Of a stretch of 64,000 bases of DNA, positions 25,193-38,065 are shown in pieces; the stretch's first letter is position 1, and each line of letters starts with the position of its first letter. Both the position numbers and the translations under genes were made by a program. The notes under the pieces are model-generated. The model did no database searches, was not told the origin of the DNA, and saw nothing but the letters and a program-made list of their open reading frames with translations. Source of the DNA: Octopus sinensis (lineage: Eukaryota); assembly GCF_006345805.1 (NCBI RefSeq), contig NC_043010.1, forward strand, positions 40,920,001-40,984,000, given 5' to 3'.

Positions 25193-26190
25193 TTATGAAT
25201 TCAGAATTGATTTCATCGTGTATTGTAATAGAAGAATGCCAAAGACCATCATTTGGAAAACTGAATTATAGTTTCGAATGTTTTTCAAGAAGTGCATGCT
25301 CCTTGGTGTGTTTCCCAAATGCAATGTCTTCAAAGTATCTAGGAGTGTACCAGACCTCGGCAAAACAACCGTTCCTCCACCACAACACATAATGGGGCTT
25401 TCTTTTTCCCCTCCTTTTTTTTTTCCTTTACGAAAACTGCACTCTTTTGACATTGTTCCAATTCAATTAATTTCTCTGTACAATAATCATACTTTGGATC
25501 CTAGTTGAAAGCTGATCTTTTCCTAGTTCCCTTAAAAGTCTATCTTGACCAAAACTCTTAAGTCTTTCCCCTGGGGATCGGCGAAGTCTTGCAGCAACTG
25601 TTTGCTCCTGCTTTTTTCACTGTCTCATCCCTCGCTGACCTATTGTCTCATTGGCAACTCTGGCAGCTTGTCTTTGTCTTGCATCCTTTAAATGCTTTTT
25701 TTCTTTCCTCTTTTTGACTCTTGGCTCCTGCGGATTGCCTTTTGTTGACGTAATTGTTCTAACCGTTTTTCCCTTGCTGCTTGTGACTCTTTGACCCTGT
25801 GTGCAGTAGCTCTCCTGGATCTTTTCGCTTTGACCGGCAGATTTTTAAAATAATTTCTTTGTAACTAAATACTTTTAAACTTCGTAATTTAGTGTGTTTT
25901 ACATAAAACATCTTTTTCTTTTGGCTTTCTTGAGAACATTCTGTAGTTTGTAAGATATTTGTTGTTTAATTTCTTGCATTTCGGCAATTTCAACCAATCA
26001 ATGACGTCTATGTAACACACTACCAGTATACGAAGTTTAAAAGTGTTTAGATACAAAGAAATTATTTTTAAAATCTGCCGGTCAAAGTGAAAAGATCCAC
26101 TCTCCTTCCGTAGTTTTCATGTCTTTACTGTCGTTGTGCAGGGGTCTCTAGTGACCTATACTCGTCTTTGCTTCACTGTATAATACTGAT
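25193..26190 (-). pseudogene. Decayed Helitron Rep/helicase N-terminus
   Basis: With frameshifts: ETPAQRQ..ESQAAREKRLEQLRQQKAIRRSQES (charged repeats), FN*DPKYDY..IGTMSKECSF..ESPIMCCGGGTVVLP..HFLKNIRNYNSVFQM, matching the typical RepHel N-terminal CxxC...CC-G / IRxYNSxF region. Confidence 0.85.
25817..26098. mobile_element. Related MITE with about 70-bp TIR and 8-bp TSD
   Basis: ggatcttttcgctttgaccggcagatttttaaaataatttctttgta... vs inverse at 26098; TSD gctctcct/actctcct. Confidence 0.9.
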
Positions 26191-26399
26191 CATCTATCTA
26201 CAACTACCCCATCTCCTCTTGGTAGAGAGTGAGAACATTTCTCTCGGAAACCTTTTCGAAAATTAAAATGGGGATTAAATGAAAAAATGAGTGAAAGTTA
26301 CGTGAATATCTTCACCAGAGTGATTGAAATAAATGGCGATTGTGGAACGCCACAAACACGCTCACACACATATACACACACAGTATCAAACATCAGCGT

Positions 26400-26485
26400 G
26401 TCTTTCTCACCCGCTTTCCCTCTCTCTTTGTGCCGGCTTTCTTTCACCTTCACCTATAGAACAGACATACGGTATCAAAGATCAG

Positions 26486-26516
<31 letters not shown>

Positions 26517-26890
26517 TGCTATCCCTCTCTTTCAACTTCTATAGAAACTTTTCTCTCTTCTCTCTATTTTTCTCATTCCGTATTTCTCTCGCTTACACAC
26601 ATTCTCTCTCACCCTCTTTTGTTTCTCTCTCTCTTTCTCTAACTCACTCACTCGCACACACACTATTTACATTTCTCCCTCTTCTGTTTCTCTCTCTCTC
26701 CCTTCTCACTCCCTCATTGCCATTATGTACAGACATACAAATACAGACATCTGCTAATATATATAGAGAGAGATGGAGAGATAAAAGAAATACGTCCTTG
26801 AAGTGACAAAAAGAGAAACTACCAGAAAGAGAGTGAGTGAGAGAGAGTGAGTGAAAGAGAGTGAGAAAGGAAGATAGAAAGACAAAAAGC
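26400..26890. repeat. CT-rich then GA-rich low-complexity tract
   Basis: (CT)n, (CACT)n and (GAGT)n runs. Confidence 0.8.
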
Positions 26891-27425
26891 ATCTTTTGTG
26901 CAGAGAATGGCGGGATTTGTATTTTTTGTCGTTTTTTAGCGTTTCATTGTTGTTTTTTTCTATACTTCGCATAACTGGAGGCTTTTATTTCTTTACCTTT
27001 CTTTCTTATCTACTCTTGAAAGGTAAGATAACATTGTTTTTCTACACTTCCGTAAGCGCTAAAGCTTCCGCTACGTCACGCAATATAAAAAGCGAACAAA
27101 TTTTTGTTTTTGTAATTTAAGTAAAAAAAAAAACGACTTTACGTTTTATGTTTGGTTATTTATTATGGGAGGTGGGGATGGATTTTTTTTTTTCTCGGAG
27201 TGATTTGTGAGTTGTTGCTTGCTATACAAAAGAGACCTTTAACACTTTTAACAGACAAGGTGTCTTGAACGCCGGTTCTTTCCTTTTTTCCTTTATCTTT
27301 TATGAGTGCGTGTTTGCTCTTTGGAAGAAAAGAGAAGTATTCTTTTTTCCAACTTGATTGTTTTGTTTTCTGCTTTTTTTTTCTACTTTTTCAGGCGTTT
27401 ATAATTATTCAACTTAAGCTTCCCA

Positions 27426-27483
27426 ATAGTATTTCAAACGTGAGTGATATATATATATATATACATATCACTCACGTTTGAAA

Positions 27484-27489
<6 letters not shown>
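27426..27489. repeat. 25-bp perfect inverted repeat around a (TA)n spacer
   Basis: atagtatttcaaacgtgagtgatat / atatcactcacgtttgaaatactat. Confidence 0.95.
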
Positions 27490-27545
<56 letters not shown>

Positions 27546-27756
27546 ACATCAAAGACGATGGAATGGACATGCTTTAATCACAAGACAACAATTGTTTTTG
27601 TGCTTTGGTAACTGGATATGCGTGTGGAAATCCGTTACTATATGCAGAGAGTTTCCACATGTATATCCAATAAAATGAGTATTCCTGATGTACGATGACA
27701 TATTATAATCGTGTAGAAGCTCTGAAATGCACGTTATGAGGTTATTACTCAGTTGT

Positions 27757-27801
<45 letters not shown>

Positions 27802-27803
27802 TG

Positions 27804-27965
27804 TAGGGAGAATTCACAAAAAAGACAAAGACAGATGGTATAGAAAACAAACAGATGTATTAGTAAAATGCTCGGGAATTGAAAAAGTCTTTAACGTTTC
27901 GAGCCTACGCTCTTCCACAGAAAGAAACAAAGAGAGAAAAAATGTGTGTAGTGGCTAGCCACTAT
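27804..27965 (-). mobile_element. PLE terminal fragment (family A variant) inserted at (TG)n
   Basis: Homologous to 16484 and 41186; carries an HHR-like motif. Confidence 0.7.
27888..27925 (-). ncRNA. Minimal type-I hammerhead-like ribozyme, A6U variant
   Basis: UCUUU CUGUGGA A GAGC-GUAG-GCUC GAA ACGU U AAAGA: 5-bp stem I, 4-bp stem II, palindromic ACGU stem III. Confidence 0.6.
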
Positions 27966-28365
27966 CATGGCGAAATATCTATATATATATCCATATATGC
28001 ACACATATGGATGGATGCAGCGCGTAAGGAATCAAAAATATGACATAAAGGGACAATCCTTTCTGATAATGGTTTCAGGTCATACTTTTTGTGGTGGGTG
28101 GGGGGAAAGAATGCTGCAGTTGATTAAATCTGTCTTAGAACCTGGCAAGTATCTAAGTTTATGGCACTAGAACAACTGAAAGACTGAATAGAGACGGAGA
28201 GACGAAAAGATATAAGATTGACGTGATCATACCTACATTTGATGCGAGAACACAAAGGCAGAGAAGGGGTTGAAAATATAATTAGAATTATAGGATGAAA
28301 GGGACAGAGACGACGAGAGAAGGGGATGAAGCAGCAGTTAGTTTACAGAAAGACAGCTTCGATTA

Positions 28366-28505
28366 GGCATGGGGAAAAATTCACATAAGACATAGCTCAT
28401 CGTAAGTCGAACTGCACCACTAAAAACATCATGCGTATGTTATTTTCCTCGTGAACTAAGGTGTGCTATTCGGGAGGTCCCGCGGGTCGCAGTTTGCCTA
28501 TAACA
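28366..28505. mobile_element. Possible decayed hAT miniature element
   Basis: taggcatggggaaa left end and gcgggtcgcagtttgcc right subterminal motif; TIRs diverged. Confidence 0.35.
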
Positions 28506-29464
28506 GGTTTAGGTGGTAGAAAGAAAGATAAAGCAAAGGGTTTGAAAAAATAGCGGTGGGACACAGTAAAATGGGCAGAGAATGTGAAAGAGATATAGGA
28601 GGAAATTGGAAAAAGAAAAAGCATGATACTGAGAGATAATGAGAGAAGAATGAAAGGACTTTTTGATAGACAGTGGGAGATATGGACAGAAAAAGGGCTA
28701 AACAGTAAGGGAGAGTAAGAGTGATAAAATAACGTCAGGTAAATAGAGATAAAGTGACAGAGATATATAGGGAGTAGGGTTATAGAGAGAGACGGAGATT
28801 GTCAGGGCTTTGACACAAATAAAAAGAAGTGAAAGTAAATATGTAAAAAAAGCGAGGGAGAAAGAGGGGAGTTTTGTTCACCAGATTATACAACTCAATA
28901 ATCACGTCCGTAACTTAAATTCTATTTCTCTAATATTTAGCAAGGACTGTTTGATTTTTCTGTAATTGGGCTTGCAGTTGGCGAAAGGTAAATATTGAAA
29001 AAAAAATTCCAGTCATTTCCGCTCTTAATCGGGGAAAAAAGCGGCCATTGTAAACTGTCAAAAGTGTAAACAATTGAAATTTAATATTTCGCCCCTTCTG
29101 GGCATTTTTCCTGGGAAACAGTCGGTCCAGTGATGTCCATATTTGCTACAGCACTTCCGGGAACATTTCTGTTTTGAGTTAACGAGCATAGTGGTTGCGT
29201 TTAATTGATATTAACGTGTGGGATATATATATATATATATATTGAGAGAGAAAAAGAGTAACTCAGAGAGGGAGACTGAATTTAAAGCTGCAAAGGGAAA
29301 GATATAGAGACCTTAAAAGAGCGAGGGTTGTTGAGAGACACTGTGATAGAATACGACAAACAGAGCGACTGACAAGTCGGAGAGACCATTTAGTAATAGA
29401 TTGACGGGAATAGAGCGAGAGAAAGACGGAGGAAGGGAAGGAGGAAGCAAATGGAAAAGAGGAA

Positions 29465-29504
<40 letters not shown>

Positions 29505-29789
29505 CGAAACAAAGATAGGAGAAAATTTTCAGGTTCCATGGGGGGAAATGATTCTTTTAGGTTCGCTTGCACTTTATTTTCCATAATTCAATAACCGAGA
29601 TGCAGAGGATAATTAACATCCTTAACATCCTCTTTCATTCCACCTTTTGCTCTTCACTCCCCCCTCCCCGCCGCATCCCCATTCCCACAAAATTACTCTT
29701 TACTGAAACACACACGCGCACACCTTACAACTCTCTTCACTTCATTGCTCCATCTAGCTGTTTCTCTTGCACTTTTCTCTCTATCATTA

Positions 29790-30460
<671 letters not shown>

Positions 30461-30819
30461 GCGTGCATAGCAGTTCTTCCTAAAATGTGTTTGCTTTTTT
30501 TTCTCTGGTATTTATTCTTAATTTACCTTTCCGCCATTAGAGAGAAGAGGAGGAAAATAAAACATTTCGAGCAAGGTTAATGATTTTGTTAATGTTCTCT
30601 TCTCAAATAATAACGAAGTTCGACATTGCCTTTCATACTTCCGGTGTCGATAACATAAAGTGCTGGTATCCGATTCAATTGAATACAACCTCTCACATTC
30701 ATCAAAGTGCATCTGTCATTGTGCCTCTGTATAAGAATTCATTACCGAAGATTACTATGCTCAAATACATACGTACGAACACGTGAATATATCTCTGTGT
30801 GCGTGTGTTTGTTTAAACG

Positions 30820-31056
30820 AAAGGTCCTTCCCGAGCCATAGGCTTATAGGCCTGTTTCCCCGGATTATGTTGGTTAAATATTCCTCACTGGACGGGGCAC
30901 CAGTCCGTCGCAGGATGATTCGTTTTTTCCAGGTGAATGGATTGGAATAATGTGAAATGAGGTGTTTTGCTCCAGAGCCCAACGCACTCCACGGTACGAG
31001 AAACGAAACCACAATCTTATAATCATGAGTGCAACATATTAACAACTTAAGCATGC
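30820..31056 (-). mobile_element. Old S2 SINE
   Basis: ggacgggcaccagtccgtcgcagg, gtgaaatgaggtgttttgctc, cgaaaccacaatctta. Confidence 0.75.
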
Positions 31057-31138
31057 TTTGCTTTTGCTTTATTCACAAACTCATATGTGTGTATGTGTGC
31101 AAATAAAGGGCACAGAAAGAATGAAGCCCAGCTATATC

Positions 31139-31372
31139 TATTTCTTTACTACCCACAAGGGGCTAAACACAGAGAGGACAAACAAGGACAGACAAACGGA
31201 TTAAGTCGATTACATCGACCCCAGTGCGTAACTGGTACTTATTTAATCGGCCCTAAAAGGATGAAAGGCAAAGTCGACCTCGGCGGAGTTTGAACTCAGA
31301 ACATAACGGCAAACGAAATACCGCGAAGCATTTCGTCCGGCGCGCTAACGATTCTGCCAGTTCGCCGCCTTT
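31139..31372 (-). mobile_element. Full-length S3 SINE
   Basis: Reverse complement of the 2210 copy; 18-bp TSD atgaa(g/t)cccagctatatc at 31121-31138 and 31373-31390. Confidence 0.92.
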
Positions 31373-31686
31373 ATGAATCCCAGCTATATCATGATATGAA
31401 AATTATGGAACGTTTATGACAAGCTACATTAAAGATGTCTAAAGATGTCAGTAATTCTTCACTTCACTATCCGATGTTGAATTAAATACAGTTACTTTAT
31501 TAACAACCCCGTCACCACAAGCATAGTAGTCGTGGTATGGATCACCGAGAAAACACAACTTTCTTAATGATGTTTTCTGGGGAATTATAATACTTTGGAA
31601 CACTGAAATGTTTACCAGTAGCTATATGATGTACAGACACACACACACATACGAACATAGGCAGTATAATTTGAGTTCATCTAAAT

Positions 31687-32015
31687 CAGAGGTTCTCAAC
31701 CATTTTTTTTATCTATGGACCCCTTTGATTAGTGTTTCATTCCGGTGGACCCCCATAGCCATTTGATGTTTAAAAACTAGCTTTATAGAAACTTCTTTCA
31801 AAATCCCTATTTTGTTTTTCACACATAAACTTGTGTAGGTTGAACTATGTAAATTGTTAATGAATGAAACCTGTTTCTTGCAATACAGAACAATTATATA
31901 TATCTAATGCAAACATTTTTCAGGGACTCTTGAAATACTGCTGTGGATCCCTAATTTACTATTTTATATGAACCCCCCAAAAAAATCTTATACGGACCCC
32001 AACTAAGAACCACTG
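31687..32015. mobile_element. hAT-superfamily MITE
   Basis: TIR cagaggttctcaa / ctaagaaccactg; 8-bp TSD atctaaat/atctaagt. Confidence 0.8.
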
Positions 32016-33244
32016 ATCTAAGTTATATAATCAATGAGCATGTACAGCTAATCAGAAAGTAGTCGGTGCTATGATTTCTTTTTTTTTTATGTTAATTATA
32101 GAAAGAGGAAGGAATCGAATTGAAATATATCAGAAAGAGAAAACAGAATATTTACAAATTAACCACAATTCAAACTAATTAACGATAGCAGCTGTTTTGT
32201 TGTAAAATATCTACCAATACAACATAGAGTATGTGTATTATTGGAACAATTGGATAAAATTTCTTTGTAGAATTTCTGAAGCATATCTTGTAACTTTCTA
32301 ACACAATATCTCAATAAAAGGATTTTTCCTGGCGTTTCAATGACACTCATCCATTACACATATTATATTAATGGAGCTTTTACTACAATATTATCTATGG
32401 AGATTGAACGAAATTGATCGAGAAATGAGGAGAATGAAGGTAATATAAGAGACAATGAGAAATGCAAGAACAGAAAAGGGTAGAAGTGATAGAGTGCGGG
32501 ATAGTGAGAGGCACAACGAAGGAGATAACAAACGACAGACAGTTATAATTAAGTAGATAGAAACCAAGGAGACACAACTTCTTCGTTTGGCCTATTGGGC
32601 TCCCACAATTGTTTGCTATCTAGAATATGCCATTGTTAATGGCATTTAGCATACACCTTAATATTTTCAGCAAAGTAATTTACACACATCAATTTCCGTA
32701 GCGGTTATCTAGTGTCATGTTTACTATCGGACGGAAGTTTGATAACAAGTAGTATGTAAGAGATGCTGCCATCTGCCATCAACTTCTGAGATGCTGCCTT
32801 GTGATTATGTCATTAATTTAGGGATTACATCACACTCTCGTACTTGTGTGTGTGTGTGTTTGTGTTTGTGTTTGTGTGTGTGTGTAGAGAGAGAGAGAGA
32901 GAAGGCATAGGTTTCGGTAGCATTCTGCTGTGAATCGCATCATACAAAAGTAATTATGAGGGATAAATTACATAAGGCTTGTATAAAATATGCCTGATTG
33001 CAATAGTTTGGAACACTTTCTTCGGGCCTGATCAAACTCTGGGTTCTGTATGGCCAAAGTGCTAAACATTTCGCTTCGTAACCTCAGCAGCTCCAGCTCT
33101 TCCTAGTTCAGTTTTTCTTTTACAAATAATCCGCCCCACCACCACCACCGCCATTTCAATTTGTTGCGCCATACATATATATCTACATTGGATAGGAAAG
33201 TTGGAAGAATTTGCCGTCGTTGTTATTGACGACTAAAAAGATAT

Positions 33245-33460
33245 CGAGCTGGTGCAATCGTTAGCGATTCGTACAAAACGCTTAGCGGTATTTCTTTCAG
33301 CGGCTCTTTACGTTCTCGGTTCAAATTCCTTCGAGGTCTATTTTACTTTCAATCGTTTTGAGGTCGACGAAATAAGTACCAGCCGAATATAGGACTTGAT
33401 GTAATCAGCTTACCCTTTCCCTTAAAACTGCTGGCTTTGGGCCAAAATTTGAAGTTTTTA
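33245..33460 (+). mobile_element. Old S3 SINE
   Basis: gagctggtgcaatcgttagc, ggttcaaattcc, gaggtcgacgaaataagtaccagc. Confidence 0.75.
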
Positions 33461-36254
33461 TTGACGACCAAAGTCCGGCTTCTTTATTGCAGAATAAACT
33501 AGTTATACATTTTTGGGTTTTATTAGTTTCCGAAATCATTGTCTTCCTCTTAAAATTCTCTATTCATATCCAAGGTCTCTCAACATTGATTTAACGCACT
33601 ATAGCGACATTTGTATATAAGTTACAACCTGTCTAAAAGACACACGATGTGTTCTTAAACCAGTCACTTCATTCCACGTTGATCCAATCTACTCAGTCAT
33701 AATAAGTATACCGAAATGTCCGTCTGGCTGTGGTATCCTCGATGCTCTGTTGGGTGATGAACGAGAGGGAGTTAATGCCTGTATCTGAGTATATGGGCAC
33801 CTAAAGTAATTAGTGAAAGTCTGATACATGCTAACATATATTTGCTTGCAGAAGGCATCTGCAGTATTTAGTGGGAGAGATATGCATATATGAATGTCTA
33901 CATGTATGTATGTTTGTACATTATATGTGTGTGTGTTATCGTCATTGTTTTCGTCATTGCCCGGTACGTTCGATAGATATTCCCGGTGACATTTTGCCAC
34001 TGGCGCCACTAAAAATGAGTAATATCAACAATAAAAGGCACGAAATTGTAAGTATTTTTTTGAACGTTGACTGATGAATGAATTAGCTACGAATTTTCTG
34101 TTTGTTATGTTTTTGTTAAAGTATCCGTTTGCTGTGTTTTGGTTAAATCTTTGAAATATTATTTATGTAACGCTATGCACTCCTTATTTTAACACACACA
34201 TATATATATATATATATGTGTGTTTGTGTGCATATACACGTACATGGAAATTCGTGCACACATACAAATACATACATGTGTATATACATATCTATGGAAA
34301 TGCATGCAAATCTGAATATATATATATATGTCCACGTGAGTGTGTTCTTGCAAGCCAAAAATTGTATGTCAACCGGAAGAACAGACCGAGAAGTGTCGTT
34401 GCATAGCAGTACTGTATAACATTATATGATCACACAATGATAAATGCTTGCGAAAATGCACAGTTGTAGAAGAGATGCAAGTAGTTCTAATTGTCTGCCA
34501 GATTTCGCTTACTTTGTTGTCTTTACTGTGTCTGTTGTTGTTGTTATATTCGTGGCAGTAATGGCCTCGTTCTTCATAGTATATTTACTTCAGGTTATTC
34601 TTCTCTAGACAAAAATACATAGAGAAACAATATATTCCGAAGACGAACAGATTTTGTTCGTCGTACGTTTTTTTCTTTTATAATTCATAATGTTATATAC
34701 TTATTGGTGTTGTTGCTTGGATGTTTATTTCTTTACTGTTGTTGTTTTGTTTGTTTCTTTGTGGTTTTTGTCTTTTCTTTTGTTATTTATGTGTTAAAAT
34801 TCTATGCGTGACGTGGAAGAGGTTGGAACAATTTGCTTATTATCGAAAAGACAATTAAGTTTTTTTTTTCTTTTTCTTTTTTTCTTTCTATTTCATTTCT
34901 TTTGATGCGACCTTTGGAAACATGGAACTTTTGCGATAAGATAAGAAAGATAAAGACTGCAGCAGCAGCAGCAACAGCAGCAGTAGCAGTGGCAGATAAA
35001 ACGAAGCATTTATTGGCTTCGCAAAGCTACTAGGAAAAGAGTTTTGAAAAATAAAGAAAAAAGTAAACGAAGAAAAAAAAACAAAAAAGGTAAACGTAGC
35101 TATTTATTCTTTGATGTTAGCATAAATTATATACTTGTGTGTGTGTATGTGTGTGGATATTCATTCACTGAAACTCACAGACGTGTGTGTATGTGCGCCT
35201 GCCTTTGTCTCTTGCAATAATTGACAGTTCAATAAAGCGCCATTGTACATATCTTATCATGTGAAAATGTGTTAAGGTTGAAGAAAGTGCATCAGCTGTA
35301 AACACTAAAATATTGCGCCAAAAACATTGGCAGTGGAATGCCAGAAACAGAAAGACGTAAGACTAAATTGCCTGGTAGTATTTTGTAGAAACAGCTTTAT
35401 GTTCCGAGTTCAAAACCCTTTGGGGATTAGTAACAAACACGATTCAGTTGATAAATAATGCGCTTCTAAAGAAATTATCGTGGCTTTTTGCCAATCTAAA
35501 AACGAATCATTGGTTGTTACAAAGATCACTGATAGAAAACATAACATGGGTGTTTTGCCTACCACAGGATCCAAAGTTTGGTGTTTTGTTTGCGTGGAAG
35601 ATTAAAGGCTGCATAAAACCAACTATTTGACTTGTTCTTTTTTTTATCAATCTTGCGAATGATGAAACGAAAACCAGCTTTAGCATGGGTCATTTTTTTT
35701 TCGTAGAGGAAGAAAGGTATTACCTTTCTTTTTTCTTTCAGAGCCTCCGAGATTGATGATAGAAAGGAAGTTACGCTCAGTGCAAAACCTGGCTCGAATG
35801 CCTACCACACACTGGGCTCCACTAATGACACTATGGGACTAGGTGAGGATGTTAAAGTGGTTGGCAGACTAAATCTTTTATCCATGAGCATGAACAACCT
35901 CTTGGAAGGCATTTTATACTGTATCTACAAAATCTCACTCACAAAGTTTCGGTTGGACCGCGGCTATGTTAGACAGCACTTGGCCAGAATGCATCGCAAT
36001 GTGATGGTAGCTGAAACTATGTAGATGCGAATGACGCGTGCTGTTAATCACAGGACCCTGTCTGAACCGAACAAGACAAGATTGAATTATGTACTTCGTT
36101 TAGTTTTGTATTCTACCATTGACTACCAACTCCCCATTCCTTTACAACCGATTGGAAGGAAGAATTATTTTTTCAAACGGAAAATATTAAAGATTTTCTT
36201 ATGAATTTCTTGTGCGGCGGTCGAAGGAGATTTAATCAGAAAACATGTTTCTTT

Positions 36255-36545
36255 AATTTTGACCTGAAGTTATGTTTTGAACTTAATTCTACTTTGATCC
36301 GAGATTATACTTTCATATTAAATCATATTTTGATCCAACTGTGTTTTTTTGTTTTAACGTCTCACTTTGATTTAAGACCATTTGCGGATCTGAAATTGGT
36401 TTTGATCCGAAACGAGTTTAATCTAAAATAATTTATTGCTCTAAAAATATTATTCATTTGGAACTATGTTTTGATTGGAAACTGCGATTTGACCTGAACC
36501 CGTGTTTTCAAATGAAGTCACGTTTGATCTGAAACCGTGATTCGA
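36255..36545. repeat. Cryptic 17-18-bp minisatellite
   Basis: Units such as tttgacctgaagttatgt, tttgatccgagattatac, tttgatccgaaacgag, tttgacctgaacccgtgt, tttgatctgaaaccgtg. Confidence 0.7.
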
Positions 36546-37194
36546 GTAGCAACCATGTGCTGAAACCCATATATTATTGTATTTTGATAAGGGAACTAAT
36601 GGTCGTTTATTTAAACATTTGCTTCATTAATTGTAACTCGTCTATTTGTTTTGCATAATTAATATTCATTTGCGTGTTAACTCATTCGGAAAATGAAATG
36701 AATGCGGATGGCTTGTGCTCTTGTAGCTACATAGAATTAAGATGAACTGTGTATGTTGCCAAGCCTCTAGTATCAGTGACTCTTGGGACTATACCATTCA
36801 GCTGTCATGATCAGAGAGCTCGTCACTTCAATATGCTTGATTTATGAATCAATGATTCAGTGAATAGTCAATAATATTAAAGCGTTGTGACGTTCGTCTA
36901 ACACTTTCTCCCTGAGGTCCCTCCAACCCCACTACCATCAGTTCCTTATTTATAATATTCATTTCCGAAAGACTTAGCTACTGTCTCGTTTGTATTTTTT
37001 TGGTTGTTTTCTGTGAATATTCACTTTAGTATCCGAAGTTATTTGGTGTGAGTATGGTTTGTTGTAAGTGTCCGTCGAGAAAGTACTCAAATTATGAAGC
37101 AGAGTATACGTCGAAAAGTTTTGATGCTCAATAACTAATTAAAAAAATTATATCTAATAACCGTTGACTAATTAAAGGAAATATATGTAAACTG

Positions 37195-37375
37195 GCAGAA
37201 ATATATGTAAACGGGCATTTCGTCCGTCTTTACGTTCTGATTTCAAATTAACCTGGGGTCGATTTTGCCTCTCATCCTTACGGAGTCGATAAAATAAGTA
37301 CCAGTTATGCACTGGGGGTCGATGTAATCGACTTACCCCTTCCCCCTTGTGCCAAAGCCTGAATCCAATATATTT
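37195..37375 (+). mobile_element. 5'-truncated S3 SINE
   Basis: atttcgtccgtctttacgttctga...gtcgataaaataagtaccagt. Confidence 0.8.
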
Positions 37376-37415
37376 AATAATACGTAATATCAATTGACTA
37401 ATAAAATGTAATATG

Positions 37416-37670
37416 GAGGTGTGTGGCTTAGTGGTTAGGGTGTCAGCATCAAGATCGTAAGATTGTGGTTTCGATTCCTGGACCGGGCGACGCGTTGTGT
37501 TCTTGAGCAAAACACTTCATTTCACGTTGCTCCAGTCCACTCAGCTGGCAAAAATGAGTAACGCTGCGATGGACTGGCGTCCCGTCCAGCTGGGGAATAC
37601 ATACGCCATAGAAACCGGAAAACCGGGCCCATGAACCTGGATAGGCTTTAAAAGGGCGCATTTATTAATT
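37416..37670 (+). mobile_element. Full-length S2 CORE-type SINE
   Basis: A box tggcttagtggtt, B box gtttcgattcc; TSD aaatgtaatatg at 37404-37415 and 37671-37682. Confidence 0.92.
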
Positions 37671-37738
37671 AAATGTAATATGATACAAAACGTTATAAAA
37701 GCCAACATAAAGGGAATGATACGTAATAATACTTATTA

Positions 37739-38065
37739 GCTTAGGAACACTGTTGGTAACGACGATGAGGGTCTCAGCTGATACGATCAACGGAACAGCT
37801 TTCTCGTGAAATTAACGGGAAAATGTTTGAGCACACCCCAGACACGTGTACCTTAACGTAGTTTTCAGGGAGATACAGCGTGACACAGTGTGTGACAAAG
37901 CTGGCCCTTTGAAATACAGATACTACTCATTTTTGCCAGCTGAGTGAACTGGAGCAACGTCAACTAAAGTGTCTTGCTCAAGGACACAACGCGTAGCAGG
38001 GAATTGAACACACAACCTTACGATCATGAGCCGAATGCCCCTAACCACTTAGCCACGCGCCTTCA
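37739..38065 (-). mobile_element. S2c SINE
   Basis: Reverse complement of the 16111 copy; probable TSD acttatta at 37731-37738 and 38066-38073. Confidence 0.88.

Larger units (their letters stand above)
24672..26767 (-). mobile_element. Internally deleted Helitron with RepHel N-terminal remnant, interrupted by two MITEs
   Basis: 3' hairpin cccgggcaatgccggg plus CTAG|T at 24672-24699; probable 5' end at 26767 resembles the 17543 end; RepHel motifs between. Confidence 0.8.

Noticed and set aside
27015-27100. AAG|GTAAGA donor and ACGTCA/TATAAAA promoter-like motifs
   Set aside because: No open exon or paired acceptor; such motifs are frequent in AT-rich DNA.
36255-36545. CRISPR-like array
   Set aside because: Units are contiguous and degenerate with no repeat-spacer structure or cas genes; eukaryotic context.
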